DNA of 64,000 nt from Bilabrum cf. latius (taxonomy: Eukaryota), in NCBI GenBank assembly GCA_965178125.1, contig OZ237751.1:1-64000 (forward strand). The letters run 5' to 3'. Below, piece by piece: positions 11,501 to 24,200 of the stretch (within the stretch, counting starts at the first letter, position 1; every line of letters begins with the position of its first letter). The translations under genes were made by a program, and so were the position numbers. Below the pieces are notes generated by a model. It did no database searches. It saw nothing but the letters and a program-made list of their open reading frames with translations, and was not told where the DNA came from.

Positions 11501-13758
11501 CCGTTTCAGACTGGGATGAGCAATGGCCGTGGTGGATGGACTACACCAGCTTACCGACGGGACCATTCGGGGTTGGAGGCCAGGCCGATACCAGCACAGC
11601 AGGTATTCGCGGCTCCGAGTATGCTACAGCAGGTGCAGGAGGCAGTCGTTGGGCGCCTGGGCATTTGGCGCAGCCCAGCGGTGGATCTGGGGGGCCCGTT
11701 CCAGCCTATGGGGCCAACATGCTCGTTTTTTCCGATGATGTTGGGGCACATCCGGTTCCGCTTCGAGAAATTAGGGCGGCATCGCCAGTTTCAGGTAGAT
11801 GCAATGCATCTGCACATGCCTGCTCGATTGATGCAAGCTCACGCGCCACAGTGGAGCGAGCTGCAGCTGGCAGCCGTGAGTCGTCAGAGAACGGCGCCCT
11901 TGAATCGAATGGATTGCCTCCGTGGCTATCTGGTGAAATGCATTCGCTAGAATCCTTAAAGGCCTTCCAAGGCGTGCGAGCTGCGGGACAGTGGAAGCTT
12001 AGACTGCAGGATTCTAGACGTAACGGCGTCTCTGGAGGCATTCGGCGCTGGGGCCTCACGTTACAAACGAGCCCATGTCATGCGAGGCCGCGATGGCGCC
12101 ATCTTCGGGACGATTCTGATTCAGTAGGACCAGCGCCGTTACCGCCTATGCCGGGCCAATCGGGTCGTCCGGACCGCAGCGAGGAGGACGATGCGTTGGT
12201 GTTCAGCACCAGGCGGGCAGCGCCGCCATCGCGCGACAACCCGACCTCAGTAGTGCTTGGGCTATCATGGTTCATCGCTGGTGGCTTCGGGACTGGCCCG
12301 CACTCGGACCTCTGGCGGTTCGATGCCGAGTCGGCGGCCTGGACCAGACTTCGCCCTGCGCCACGCGGTTCTGCAGAGTTTGGTTGGCCTTTCGCTGGGA
12401 CTGGACCTAGTGCAGGCCACTCCATGTTCGTCCCGGCGGGTCGTAGCGCTGCCTTGACACCGTGGGGCGTCGTAGCAGTCGGTGGGCACGACACGCTGGC
12501 TAATGGCCCCCTTGCGATGGCCCCCTGGAGGCTCGACCTCCACAGTGGGCGCTGGTTCCCCTTAATGCCTTCAATCTTGCAGCAGCGAAATGCACATGCT
12601 GATACTCGCATATCACGTCGAGTTGATGGCAGTGCAAGCGCATCAACGCCCGCAAATGTCGGGTGGTCGGCCTCTGCCCGGGGGAGCGGGCAGCCTGACT
12701 CTGGTCTGGCCCTCGAAGGATCTCACCACATGGGGGCGGATCCAGGGAGTGCTCGAGGTTCCCTGAGCGCAGCTGCACTAGCTACCGCGCTGAAGTCTGC
12801 GTAGGGTGGCTCGAAGCAGGGCACAGTAGGGGTTCCGGTGGGACCCTCAGCCACGACTGGGTAGCTGTCTAGGGCGCGAGCGGCATCTGGCAGGATTTTG
12901 GCATCGCCAGAGCCGCGCCTGTAGCCTGGGTTGTCCATCATTGGTGTTCCGGGCTCTTTATCTGCAAAGAGAGGCCTGGCTGCTCCGTAGCTGTTGGTGG
13001 TGGGCGGCCAGTCGACTGAGACTGGGCAAGCACTTGGAGACGTTTGGTCGTTCAGCATTCGCCACGTGCCGTTCCCCGCAGCCGACGGAGGCACCACTGG
13101 TATCGCAACCAGCAACGCGACGGAAGCGCACAAAATTCTGTCATCACCAGCAATACCAGACCGAGTGCAGAAATAGGCAAATCCTGCGCTGCGCGACGTC
13201 GATCGCCTCGTTGGACAGTCTTCGCAGGGTCTCGCAGCATCGGTGCAAGATGCAGCGGCGCCAATCACGCCGGGTCAGTCGCATGCCTACCTGCAGAATT
13301 CTGTCCATAAAGCGCCTTCTGAGCATAGGATCAGGGTGGATCAGTAGCATGCTGGGAGTTTTGTGCCAGGGCAGAGCAACAGCAAGTGGCCGGACTCGTG
13401 GCATGCAGGGCAGGTGTTGGCACCATGGCAAGGACCAGCCGGCTGGTGGCAGGCTCAGTGTCCTCATCGTCTTAGCGAAGGATCAACATCGGACTAGCTA
13501 TGGCGAGGGTCGTGCATGTCCGGGCGAGAGGCATTGGGGGGTTATGATGCGTCAGACGGGGCTGGGGGGCTTGGGCTGGCACGCACTGCTGGGCAGCACC
13601 AAGCAGGCAACTCGCTGGCGAATGCGACCGCAACGTCCAGGGCCTGGACATCATCATTGCAGATGGGATGGAGCCAGGCAGCTACACCGTGTGATATTCG
13701 AGAGGTTCTGGTACGGGCAATGTGTGCACATGAGTGGCAGTCGATTGGCCAAATGTGA
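5550..13758 (+). CDS. ~2,700-aa secreted multidomain protein: signal peptide, FN3 repeats, glycine-rich domain, Kelch repeats, proprotein-convertase P-like domain; exons 5550-5695 and 5787-13758
   Basis: Signal-like N-terminus MTCSTFRLLVVSLAVWAASAQ. FN3 motifs LTWIPPTDSNYRVVSYDVEVQ, GLRPGMTYRFRVRS and GLPLGSEVRVRVRA. Gly-rich block at 8990-9960. Kelch motifs RVFMFGG, WLNDMWRLD and DLWRFD. P-domain-like VWVEMRHACLRDLSISLEGP ... FQGVRAAGQWKLRLQD. Track ORFs 5806, 6847, 7420, 7837, 8284, 8656, 9112, 10687, 11392, 12994 and 13516 share one frame, are joined across TAGs and end at TGA. Confidence 0.85.
5696..5786 (+). other. Spliceosomal intron (91 nt, GTGAGA...TCGCAG)
   Basis: Phase-2 GT-AG intron. 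Its removal joins the signal-peptide exon to the main frame and restores an FN3 motif (WIPPT|DSNYRVVSY). Confidence 0.85.
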
Positions 13759-13920
13759 CCGTGCACCCGCCCGCTTGAAGTCTGACCAGTCTCGGCATAC
13801 CTGCAAAGGTTTGCCCCCCTGATATCAAGATGGTTGGTTTTTGATGCTAGATTACCCGTCCATGTCATTCTTTATGTACATATTGAAGGCTCTTCGCAAG
13901 CCCAAATCAAGGCAACAAGA

Positions 13921-14196
13921 TCACAGTGCCCCGCCATCTTGTTGCACCACCACGTCAATCTGCTCTCCGTCCTCGATACTCAAATCTGCCGGAGTCTTGT
14001 CCGCAACAATTCTATCGCCATCGTACTAGAACTGCATGGATTCTACCTTGAGTCCTTTCTTTTTCCCATATGCCTTGAAGATCTTGCCAAATTTTGTTGA
14101 CCTCCGAACTCTGAACTGCACAGTATCGCCATTCTGGTCCCGCAGCGTGATCTGCATAGCTTCTTTGGCCTTATCAGCATCACCAGACCCCGACAT
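13921..14196 (-). CDS. SUMO: Small ubiquitin-like modifier (SUMO/SMT3 family), 91 aa, one in-frame TAG at 14026-14028
   Basis: Translates as MSGSGDADKAKEAMQITLRDQNGDTVQFRVRRSTKFGKIFKAYGKKKGLKVESMQF*YDGDRIVADKTPADLSIEDGEQIDVVVQQDGGAL, then TGA. It has SUMO fold motifs and a C-terminal di-Gly with a short propeptide. It is absent from the ORF track because the TAG splits it. Confidence 0.93.
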
Positions 14197-14565
14197 CCTG
14201 CGTAAAGGGATTCGATGGAGGAATTAGTAGCGACTCGCCCATTTGTATCATACTACGTTTCTATTCATGGCAGCATGCAGAGTTAATCTGGCGGAAACGA
14301 TCAATTCAATGATTCTCACAGTACAAAGTGCTACTACAGTCGCCTCTTTAGCGCAGTGGCGTTGTTCTGTTTCCGTTGTGCTGTTGTGCTGGCGGTCCGT
14401 CCAGTAGAATGTTCCTTTTGGGTTCGTTTTTGCTCCGTCGCAGCTTCCTTCAGCACCAGCGACAGGGGCACAGAATATATTAAATCTTGTTCGCCTGCCA
14501 CATCTTAATCTTCTGTGTGTGAAATTTATCTAGCTGTGGCCTTTGGTGGCACATTGAGCGCTTTG

Positions 14566-17500
14566 ATGTTGCAGGGTACACGTGCAGCACAACGAATGTC
14601 GTTGCGACTGGTACCAAGCATAAATAAACGTAGCAATGTTCAATTCGAGATGATTTGTCAATTAGCAAACCGGTGCAAGCACACTAAGAGCCGACCCCGA
14701 TCCGTAAAGGAGCAATCGGTAGTATCGCCTCAGAGCTTAGCCGTGCTTGTTTCTACTTTGAAACAGAAACGAGGAGTCCGACGGCCGAATACTGGATCAG
14801 TGGTATCGCATTTTGAGTGGTTGTCAAGTAAACACGCTCCAATGGACTGCCTGCAGCAGATCCCGGACCTGTGGTCCCGCCTGAGAGCTCACAATATAAA
14901 CTCTCCAAGGCTTGCCTTCAGGGCCGTGGAGGCATTAGGTGCGTGGGGAAGTCGTGACCCCGATGCAGGAAGTACTATTCTTGGTTTGCTGCGGTCAATC
15001 CTAGCCACTTCGATCGAGGCTGCCAATGCTCAACGCACCGACCCAACCTCGCTCAAGGTGCCGCTCTCAGCCGGCGGGAGCGTCAATGTGCCGCTGGTCA
15101 TACTGCCAGTGTCTTGGGCCAAAGTATTCGAAGAAGCAGCTGTACAAGCCACGCGGATATCTGGATCCAGTGGCGCGGCCCTCGCGGTGATCCAGGGCAG
15201 TATGCGGCTCGGTGCCTGGCCCACCGAGAGCGTGGCGCAGGGGGTCTATTGCGCGCTACATGCGCTTGGGGATCGGCAGAGTGCCGCTCGAGTTGTTGAT
15301 GCCGCGCCATTTTTAGCTCTCTCTGCTGAGCGGGTTGCTGTGCAAAAGCGGTTTAGACGAGCGGGTAGTGATGCAGAACCGGAGTCCCCGCTGTCAGAAG
15401 TTGATGAAGCGATGCTTGCCAACCTAGAGAGCGGGGCTCAGACTCTGCTGCGAGCGTTGAGCCAAGCATGTAGACCACTCGCCGCTGCGTGGCGCATTGG
15501 TGCTCAGCAGGTGCTTGAGTAGCTTCGCGCCCAATCTGGCTCTGCCGAGCTCCGTGCCAAATTCACCAGCGTGCAGCTTGGCGTCCGCCAGAAGTCATCA
15601 GAATTGTCCACCTTTGTCCATGATGGATCGAATATGGAAGTTAGTGATGTAAGCCTCTAGGGCGGCTGGGAAACTCCTTTGGATCGTGCTGGCAGGGCAG
15701 CCTCATCCCACTTGAGTAGCACCAGCACCGCGACCATGACGAATAGTGTTGCAGACAGACCTGCATGCATGGCTTCGAATTCATTCGATTTGCTGGAGAC
15801 TTTGCAATAGGGGATGCCAAATCGGCCCTAGTCCGACACTACTGACCCCGGCGTGGAAATAACGCTCGCAGAAGCAGTCTTGTCGGACGGTCGAATCCTG
15901 GCCACTGTATTGGAGGAAATGATGACGGCTGCCGCTGCCACAGACGATGCTGCTGCTCGGGAGAGCCTCCGCAACATTGTTTTCGAGCTGGCTAGAACTG
16001 CTGCAAGGCCACATAGTGGCAGAGGGGTCGTGGTTCCGGAAGCGAGTTCCGCCGTCTCGAGAATACTGAAGCAGGTTGAAGATTCGAAACTCTGGAGCTC
16101 CTCTCCCGCTGCGGAGCTGACCAATTTCAAGTGGAGCGGCGATGTGTCCTCGACGCTATCACCTAGGGCCATGGAGAAAGAAGCTTCCTTCTCAAGTGCG
16201 CTGCTGATGGCTGCACATGGGCTGGCAGCCGGCACCAGCGGGTCACAAGCTGGATCAGAGGACGACGAAGTAGCGAATGCAGTCGTGTAGGCCGCTGCTG
16301 TATCAAGCTTAGCATCCGCGGCATGGAACCGTATTCTAGCGAAACAGTCGAGTTCATACTTGCTGGACACTGCATCTAAACAAGGAGGCACAAACTACCG
16401 AATTCGTGGCGTCGCAGGGGACGGTATTGCCAGGAGACTTGGTGCTCACTCGGACCACGAGCAACTCGCCGCTGCTGAGGGCGCCTCTACAGCCAGTCTT
16501 GCCTCCCACACTGAGATGGCGGCCATTACAAAAAAGGTTGCTGAAGCTGGGCTCAACGGTTTCCATATGGCAGGAAGCCGAACGGGTGGCGACGAGGATG
16601 CAAGTCAACTGCATTCGAATATAACGACAGCATAGCATCCGCTCGCACTGCTAGACTCAGTGAAGTTGCCCGAGGGAAGCTTTGAATAGCTCTTTGTCTC
16701 ATGTATCCGTGCGTGGAATCCGACAGCTCTTCTCGTTCTTGGCGCTGCGGCGCACTCTGGACAAGTGTCTGACGATGAATTTCGGCGAGTTGGGCTTCAG
16801 CTATAGCATTTGTCTGAGGGTATGCACCCCAAGCGAGTCGTGCACGCGGTCGCTTTGCTAGCCGGCTCGCCGGCCATGTCCTCCCTGTCGTTTAAATTCC
16901 GCCTGATGCTTGCTCGCCGGGTAGCTCAGGCGTGGGCTCATAGCGTAAGGGTAACCCGCACCACCAGCAACTCGGAGAACTCTTTTGATGCTATATCAAT
17001 GGTGTCCAAGTGCCCTCAGTGCGCACCCATGCCCTCGAGCAACGCTGAGACTGAAGCAGAAACCAGCGCTTCATCCGAATTCGTTGCTGCCAAGCGCCTC
17101 ATTCTACAGTACCTTGCGTCTCCAAGCCTAGCCACAGGCAGCAGCGGGGGTGCCCAGAGAGGTCCTTCGGCACGGGAGGCAGCATCAGCTGTCCAAGTTT
17201 TGCGTTCAAGCATGCTGCAGATCGGTGGTCGGCCAGGGGCTGCTTACAATGCTGGATGCATTCGCTACGTATCACGGCATTTCGAAGAAGAGACTCAGCC
17301 CTCTGTTCTCGCAGGCTTGATCCATGCTATCGGTGCCAGGTCGTCTGTAGCCACCGCCGGCTGGGATGGCTTAGCAAGTCTTGGGGGCGCATCTAGCTCT
17401 GCGCCATGGCTTCCTTTTAGACGTTTGCTTCGGGCTGTGTCTGGAGAAGGCGTAAAGGATTCGTTTGGCTGCTATGGTGAAGCAAGACGGCTGCTCTTCT

Positions 17501-18177
17501 TTGCCGCAGACCGTGTCAACGAAGCAGTAGCCACAGCGGGTGGCACAGTGGGAGCAGGGTGCGGGATTGCCGGAGATGCCAGGCAATCTATGGTCGCTAC
17601 AAGTTGGGCTTAGGCAGAGAAAGAGGTGCGTTCGATGTCTGCATGGGAGGAGCAGCACCACGAGAGACTGGTCGCGAAGGACTCGATCAGGGGCCCCCTC
17701 GGTGCCTCCTCTCTGGCCAACGCAGGAATCAGGCTGTTCTTTGCAGATCCCACCGAAAGGCTGAGCGTCTCGCCTGAAGTCATCGGGTACATGCCGATGC
17801 CAGAGGCTGTCCTTGCTGTGGCTGGACGAGCTGCTGTGCTTGGGAACGCCAGGGTGCCGCTCACAACCAGCGAGGACTTGGGGCCCGGGGCCACTGAGGC
17901 GTGGGTGTCTGACATGGGATTGCGGGCTGTGCTGCTTGCGATTGGCCCGCAAGCAGCGACGGGCATTCTAGCTTCTGCCGCACTGTCGGGAGACATTGCA
18001 TTTGTGTGGCAGCTGCTGCTTCTTGAAGGGCCTCCCCCAGGAGGGACTTTGCCGCAGTTGCCAACCGTGCTGGCGGCAGTGCGTGGGTGGCAGCAGCAGC
18101 AGGCTTCGAACCGTGTGGCATCATCTGCAGGCTCATCGCTACCATAGCACCCAGCTTAGCCTGGTGGAAGGCAGTGA
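14566..18177 (+). CDS. Hypothetical ~1,200-aa Ala/Leu-rich, probably helical protein; possible mitochondrial presequence
   Basis: Track ORFs 14515, 15853, 16360, 16810 and 17626 share one frame joined across TAGs and end at TGA 18175-18177. The N-terminus MLQGTRAAQRMSLRLVPSINKRS is Arg/Ser-rich without acidic residues. The start codon is uncertain and no family was recognised. Confidence 0.7.
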
Positions 18178-18295
18178 AGAAGATTCGGTTGGCGTGGCCC
18201 TGGTTTGTCGGAACGTTCTGAAAGGGTTCGCTGGATTGTAGTCAACTGTACAGTTCACGTCAATTCACTCGTCAATAGTGGACAATTCTTGTACA

Positions 18296-21200
18296 ATGAC
18301 CTCTCAAATCCGATATGTATTGCATTTTATTCTAATTGCTTCTGTTGGACTGTTCTGTAGTGCTCCAGCCAGTAGCAAGGTTGCCTTGAAGCAAGAGAGC
18401 CGGAGGGAGTATGTTGCAACGACTACCGAAAAGATGTTTGCTGCCGCGCTGCTCCAACTGAATCATGTGAATGATAGTCTACATTCATCGGAATGGACCA
18501 AAGCTAGTAATGAAGCTGATCCTCAGCGACTTGCGGCTACAAAGAAAGGAATGCTCTCGGCGAATGTCTCAATTGGTCTTGGTACCGATAACAGTGGTGC
18601 TACTGCATGGAACAAGGCAAGCACACAAGATTTATGCGCTCAGCGGCAGCTGTATTCCGCTGGAAGTTTATCCTGGCTACATTCGGAAAGTAGAGATGGT
18701 GCGTGGGCAGTAGCGGATTAGACGAATGGTACTTCGTTCGTGCTTCTGGCTAACTCCAACGGAGCACGAATCTCGATCGAAAAGGAAGGGGAGTCTGCTA
18801 GTATTCATATTGAGTGTGGCGCGTAGACAGGTCAGAAGTTGTGCTAGAAAGCGGCGAGGTTAGCAGCCAGCTCTGAAGTGGTTCTGGGCGGGTTTGCGTT
18901 GCCTGGCAACTCTGGCGCTTTTCGCGTCACTGGGGTGAATTATACGGCGACAGTAAATATGAGCGTCCCAATAAATGTAGTTCGGATTCGATTGGGCGAG
19001 CTAGAACGCGCTTCGATAGGCCTTGGCTAGGTAGCTCTCATTGCAGCGGAGACGTCGACGACCGGTACGCTAGTCTCGCGTTTCTTGGGTCCACCGTCTC
19101 GTCTATTCTCATTGGTTTCAAGTGGAAATAGAAACAATAGTACAATTGCGGTGGATACCGTTCGGGTAGATCCTCACCTGTCTTAGCAAGGCGTCCGTGC
19201 AGCATGCTCTGAGCAGTCAGGTTCTGCAGGCGCCCGCGGCGATAAGTACGTTGCCAGGATAATTGGGTCGCTTCAAGGGGGTCTACCGGCTATAGGTACT
19301 ATCATGAAGCTGGAGGGCTTCAGCTGGACTGGAAATGTCGGTGCTTTCCGTGTCGTAGCATCTGAACCCATCGCCAGCCATGAAGGAACCGGCACAGTGT
19401 GCGTTCTTGTTGAGGATATCCGAGCTGCATCTCCACTGCGACCTCAGTACCTACTATCCGGACCAGATCACAAAATGTAGATGCGAGTTGGTTCAGCGCA
19501 TGACTCGCTTACGCTTGCCATGCCGCTGGGGAGTGCACACGTGGACAGCGTGGTATCTTGCAGCGTCCAAGCCAGCACAACTGCATGCCGCCAGGGCGAA
19601 AAGCTCCTATCAGGTTTGCGTTCAAACGTAGTGGGCCTAGCATATATGGAGCCGGTTGGAATGGACTCCGTGTCTGGCTTGCCCATCATAGCAGGCCTGC
19701 AGGCTTGCGCGTCACCCACCTGCCAAGCTGTCCTTCATGGATTGGGCGACGCGCAACATGATGCTCAAACCGCTGAAATTGCTGGGGTGCGCGGGTCTGT
19801 CCTAATTTTAGCATCCAGTTTACCGCGCGATGTCAGACAGAATGGCTGGATTGTCGATGACCCGCCTACGCTGGCAGCCGGTGCTTGCACACCTGCGTAC
19901 ACATTTGGTGATCGGCTTGCCTCGAACGCAGCTCTGGTGCAGCGCACGGTAGGCTGGCTGCAGTCCTGCTGCTCCTTTCGACCCGGTGAAGTCTCCTTTG
20001 TGACGCCTAGTACCGGTCCCCGAGGTGGCGGGACATGGTTGGTGGTGGAAGGCCAGCAGCTCGGCCGAACTGTCCGCACGTCTGGTTCCATCAAGATCCT
20101 GATTGGCGGGGTTTAGTGCAACATTTAGCGATTTCTGTGGCAAAGCAAGACAACTGACGCCCCTTGGGCATCGTTTGCTTGTTTGTCTCCCGAGCGCGAG
20201 ATTCCGGCAGTCGTGCCAGTTCAGGCAGCTGTGCTGCGTGCGGATGGACGCAAGCAGACGAACCTTGTAGGGTCGTTCGAATTCGTTGGCTCCGCTTACT
20301 TAAACTCTGGACTACATTCTGGTTTCAATCCTAGCGATGAGCTCTCAGCTGTGCTTCACACAAAAGACTGGAGAGATGAAGGCACAGCAGGAGCACTCGT
20401 GCATGCAGCACAACTTGCGGTTGCTCGGGAGCGCTTGTATGATGCATCTGATCATGGCTGTGCATTCAACTGCTCCGGAAATGGCGCGTGCTAGAAGGCG
20501 CTCAGTGGCTAGCAAAATTGCGATTGCAATCCAGGCTGGGTCGGGCAATAGTGCGAGTGGCCGCTCTTGCCATGCACCGCTGCACTATCACAGGAACCGC
20601 AAGGCCAGGTCATTCCTGGTTAGTACAGGGAGGATCCGTGCGCTCCAGGCGGAGTGTGCGATGGTGAGAGGGGTCGGTGTGTCTGTTCGTCTGCAATCGT
20701 TACTTCAGGTGCTGTTTCGTTGCGCTTGCGGCGGTATGGCAAGGCATGCCAGTATATTGAGTGTCCTAGCGGGTGCAGCGGGCATGGCACTTGCCAAGTA
20801 ACCCAAGGTACTTGCGACTGCGACAAGCTCTATCTTGGTCCGGACTGTGGTAGTCTCACTAACTCCTCGCTGCATGCGCGGGCACCAGGATCAGGAGTCT
20901 CGCAGTAGCCGTTGAGCTCAGCAACGGATAACGTGTCGATGTCATATGAGCACTATGCCGAAAAATGGATTGGAATAGCTGCTATTGTACCAGATGCACC
21001 TGAAAGGGATGTTCTCGTTGAAGCTAATCTTGAGCTAGGTGGAGACACTTGGGTTGGCGCTGACGTGCATCCGACTTCGCTGGAACGCTTTGCATTCTCG
21101 ATTGGCCTGCACATGTATCCATGCGAGTAGATTCAACATTAGCTGTCGATGATGTCTCTGAGGTTTTTCGCAAGCGAAGGGAATGGTGTCCATGGGATCG

Positions 21201-24200
21201 ATTTTGATGGATCCGGTTGCGTCTCTGCCGCTGAGTTCGTGCGAGCTGCTCGAACAGCTGGGGGTTCAGCCTTGCGATCGCTGCTGGATACGCTGGCAGA
21301 CACGTTGGACGCCGATTAGAATGGGGAGATAAGCCCGTGGGAAGTATCTTTGGGTAGGATCCGGTAGATTGATGACGTTTCAGCATTTGGGGTAATGCCT
21401 GGCCTGTTGAGAACGCTTCGGGTGGCATCATCGGCTGCCGAGGAGGTATCGAAGGCGTCTGACAACGCGACTGAGCCAACGCTGCGGTTTCTTCGAGACT
21501 TGTCCCAACGTTCAGCTTTTGGTTTCAATAGTGATGTCTCGACTCGCGCTGGCTCAGAATTTGTGAATCATACGTAGCTCCTTTAGTGGTCTGATTTGTT
21601 GCGAGGAATGCTACGTCGCAGTGGCCCTGGGGCTGCATCGAGCTGGATGTAGGTGAAGCCAATGTAGGTTGTGACGGAAAGCAACACCGCATTTGGCCAG
21701 CCAAGCCCTTCGATGAATATTCTTCCAACAGACGGCGTCATCGCACAGGCTTGGCCACACGGCTGGCTTTTGGGAGCCTGGGGTGGACATGGTGGAAAGG
21801 CTGGGGAGGTATAGATGAGCAAAGTAGCTCGTATTGACAGCTAGGTTGCTGCGGGTGACATTGTAATGCCATCAATCGGGGCACCGCTTATGATCAAGGG
21901 CATGGTAGGACTCACTGTATCCGCGAGTTTTTCGTACAGGACCCGGATCTCTGTGCCTCATAGTACCGTATTCCCTCTGTTTAAGTTGCGATCCAACCCG
22001 GCTATTCCGATTCGTTTGTCAGGTGAGATGAGTATTCAACTCGGTTAGAATACTGAAAGTGGAGTGGTGATTGCAGATGTTAGCAGATAGGCGTGCAATG
22101 CAGCAAGAGTTGCAGCAATCATTGACATGTCCGGCGGTACGATTCTGTCCATACGGGATCGCACGGATGGCCAGCGGCGTCAGCAACCGGTTAGATCGCA
22201 ACTGATCGCATATGGACAAGTGGCATGGCGTGTCTGTACTGGCAAACGACCAGTGATTGGGCTCTCTAGCGGTAATTTGCAGTCCAAGCTGCGTTCATCG
22301 GCGTCAAGTCTGCGGCTCAATCTACAGGAAAGCGGCCAATCTTGGCTGATTGGGGTCGTTGCCCACATGCGAACGAGGCGCGGTGGCATGGCCTCAGTGC
22401 AGCCTCTCCCATTTGGCGCCCAGCTCCTCGACCATTCAGGATCAAGATCACTCAATCGGAGCCTGGAAAACTCTGCATCTGAAGCTCGATCGTAGTTTGT
22501 GTTTAGATTGGTAGCCTCGCAGCCAAGCCAGCTGTGGACTGGGGCTATGTCTTCGTTGTAGGAGGCTCTTAATCGATCAAGTTTGGCCTTTGAGGCTGAA
22601 GGCTGGGTGGATACTGCGCGGTCATCCAGCGATACTTTTAACTTGGCACCAGAATCTCTTGTTCGACTAGCTCAATCGGCCCTGCAGTTAGGCGACTAGC
22701 TCATGCTTGGCGCACCTGTTGGTCCTTGCACGGTGCTGTCAGCGTATGGGAAAGGGTTGGTCTTGCAGCCTCTGCTAAACGTTTTGGGCTACTCTGGACG
22801 TGGTGCTGTTGAATCCAGCTTGCCAAGTGGTAGGCTGTTTCGTATTGGAGCAGGCTAGGTACAAGTTGCGTCAACGTATGTGTAGCAAAGCCAGCAGATG
22901 TAGGTTCTAAGAACCAACTCCCTTGTGCTTGATGGATCGCAATGCCTAGATGCCTTACAAGTTGAGGAGTCCGACGATACCCCTATTGGATCCCGCCTCT
23001 GCAAACAGCAGGCTGCAGGCAAATTGTATTCGCCTGCAGGGTCGATGCACCCGCCACTTGTTGGCAGTGGAGACATTTTGCAAGTGTCTAGTTCGGGTGG
23101 CCTCACGTCATCTGTGGCCTTATCGGTGGATAAAAGACGCCAGTCTCCAAGCCCTGTCTGCGAAGTTCACCACCGGGTCGTATCTCGTGGGCAACCAAAC
23201 TCTCGGCAGAAACTATCTGCCGTAAGTATTGATGTTGTGCGTCCGCTGGCTGGACAGTGGGTGCATTTGCCAGGGTTTTGGAGAGAGGCTGAGGCCCTAG
23301 ATCCCGACCATAATCTCAACGCCTCGGTTGCAACATTCGAGTTCAGCGGAGATGGGGCGCATTTGTTCGTGCACAAGGGAGATACTGTGCTGGTGCGGCG
23401 GCGGGCAAGCTAGATCGGAGAGCTTGCATCCGTGAAGAGAGTGGGCCACAGAATGATGCAAGTGATCGCAAGTATTTTTACATCGTAGGTACCTGCAGAG
23501 AGCGGCGGGCCACTCGATGACGTCGATCCTCCCCTATCTTGGGGCAGCTCAGTCGATAGCTTCGATGCGCTCGGGCGGCGAGGTTGGTTTCCGTCTATGC
23601 GCAGGTTGTCATTGCCAGCGCATCGGACTGGTTCTGTAGTCTTTCATGTCGGTGATTCGTGCGATACACGCGTTTCGTCAGGCATAGTACCCATTGCTGT
23701 ATCCTCTGGATACGCGGCAGCTACAGACAGTCAGATTTCCGCCGAATGGGGGATCGTAGCGGACGCTTCATTCCAAGCTCGATATTCGTCGAGCCATGAT
23801 CAGAGTTTTCGCGTGTCGACCGGCCCACGGTTCCTATCATGGGAGGCCATAAGTCTGCTGGTAGGCATGCGCCCAGGCAAGACGGGGCCATCATCAGTGG
23901 TTGGGGCAGCTTTTGCCGATGATGTCGCAACGACTGCCAGTTTGTCGATAGCGTCTATCGAACGTGCTGCTGCATCTTCACGCTCGGATGGGCGGCTGTC
24001 CGTACACGAGGTCGTTTCTGGTATAACAAGCAAGAGCTGCCTCGCGAATGAATCGCCTATCGTAGAAGCTTCGCCTTGCTCCTAGGCAGCCGTGTACGGG
24101 CTGGGCGTTCCAGCATCGTACTCAGCCTTATTTTGGCCTGTCGATCGTGAGAATTATGTATGGTGCGCTACTGTCAGTACTTATGCGGGTGCATCTGTTC

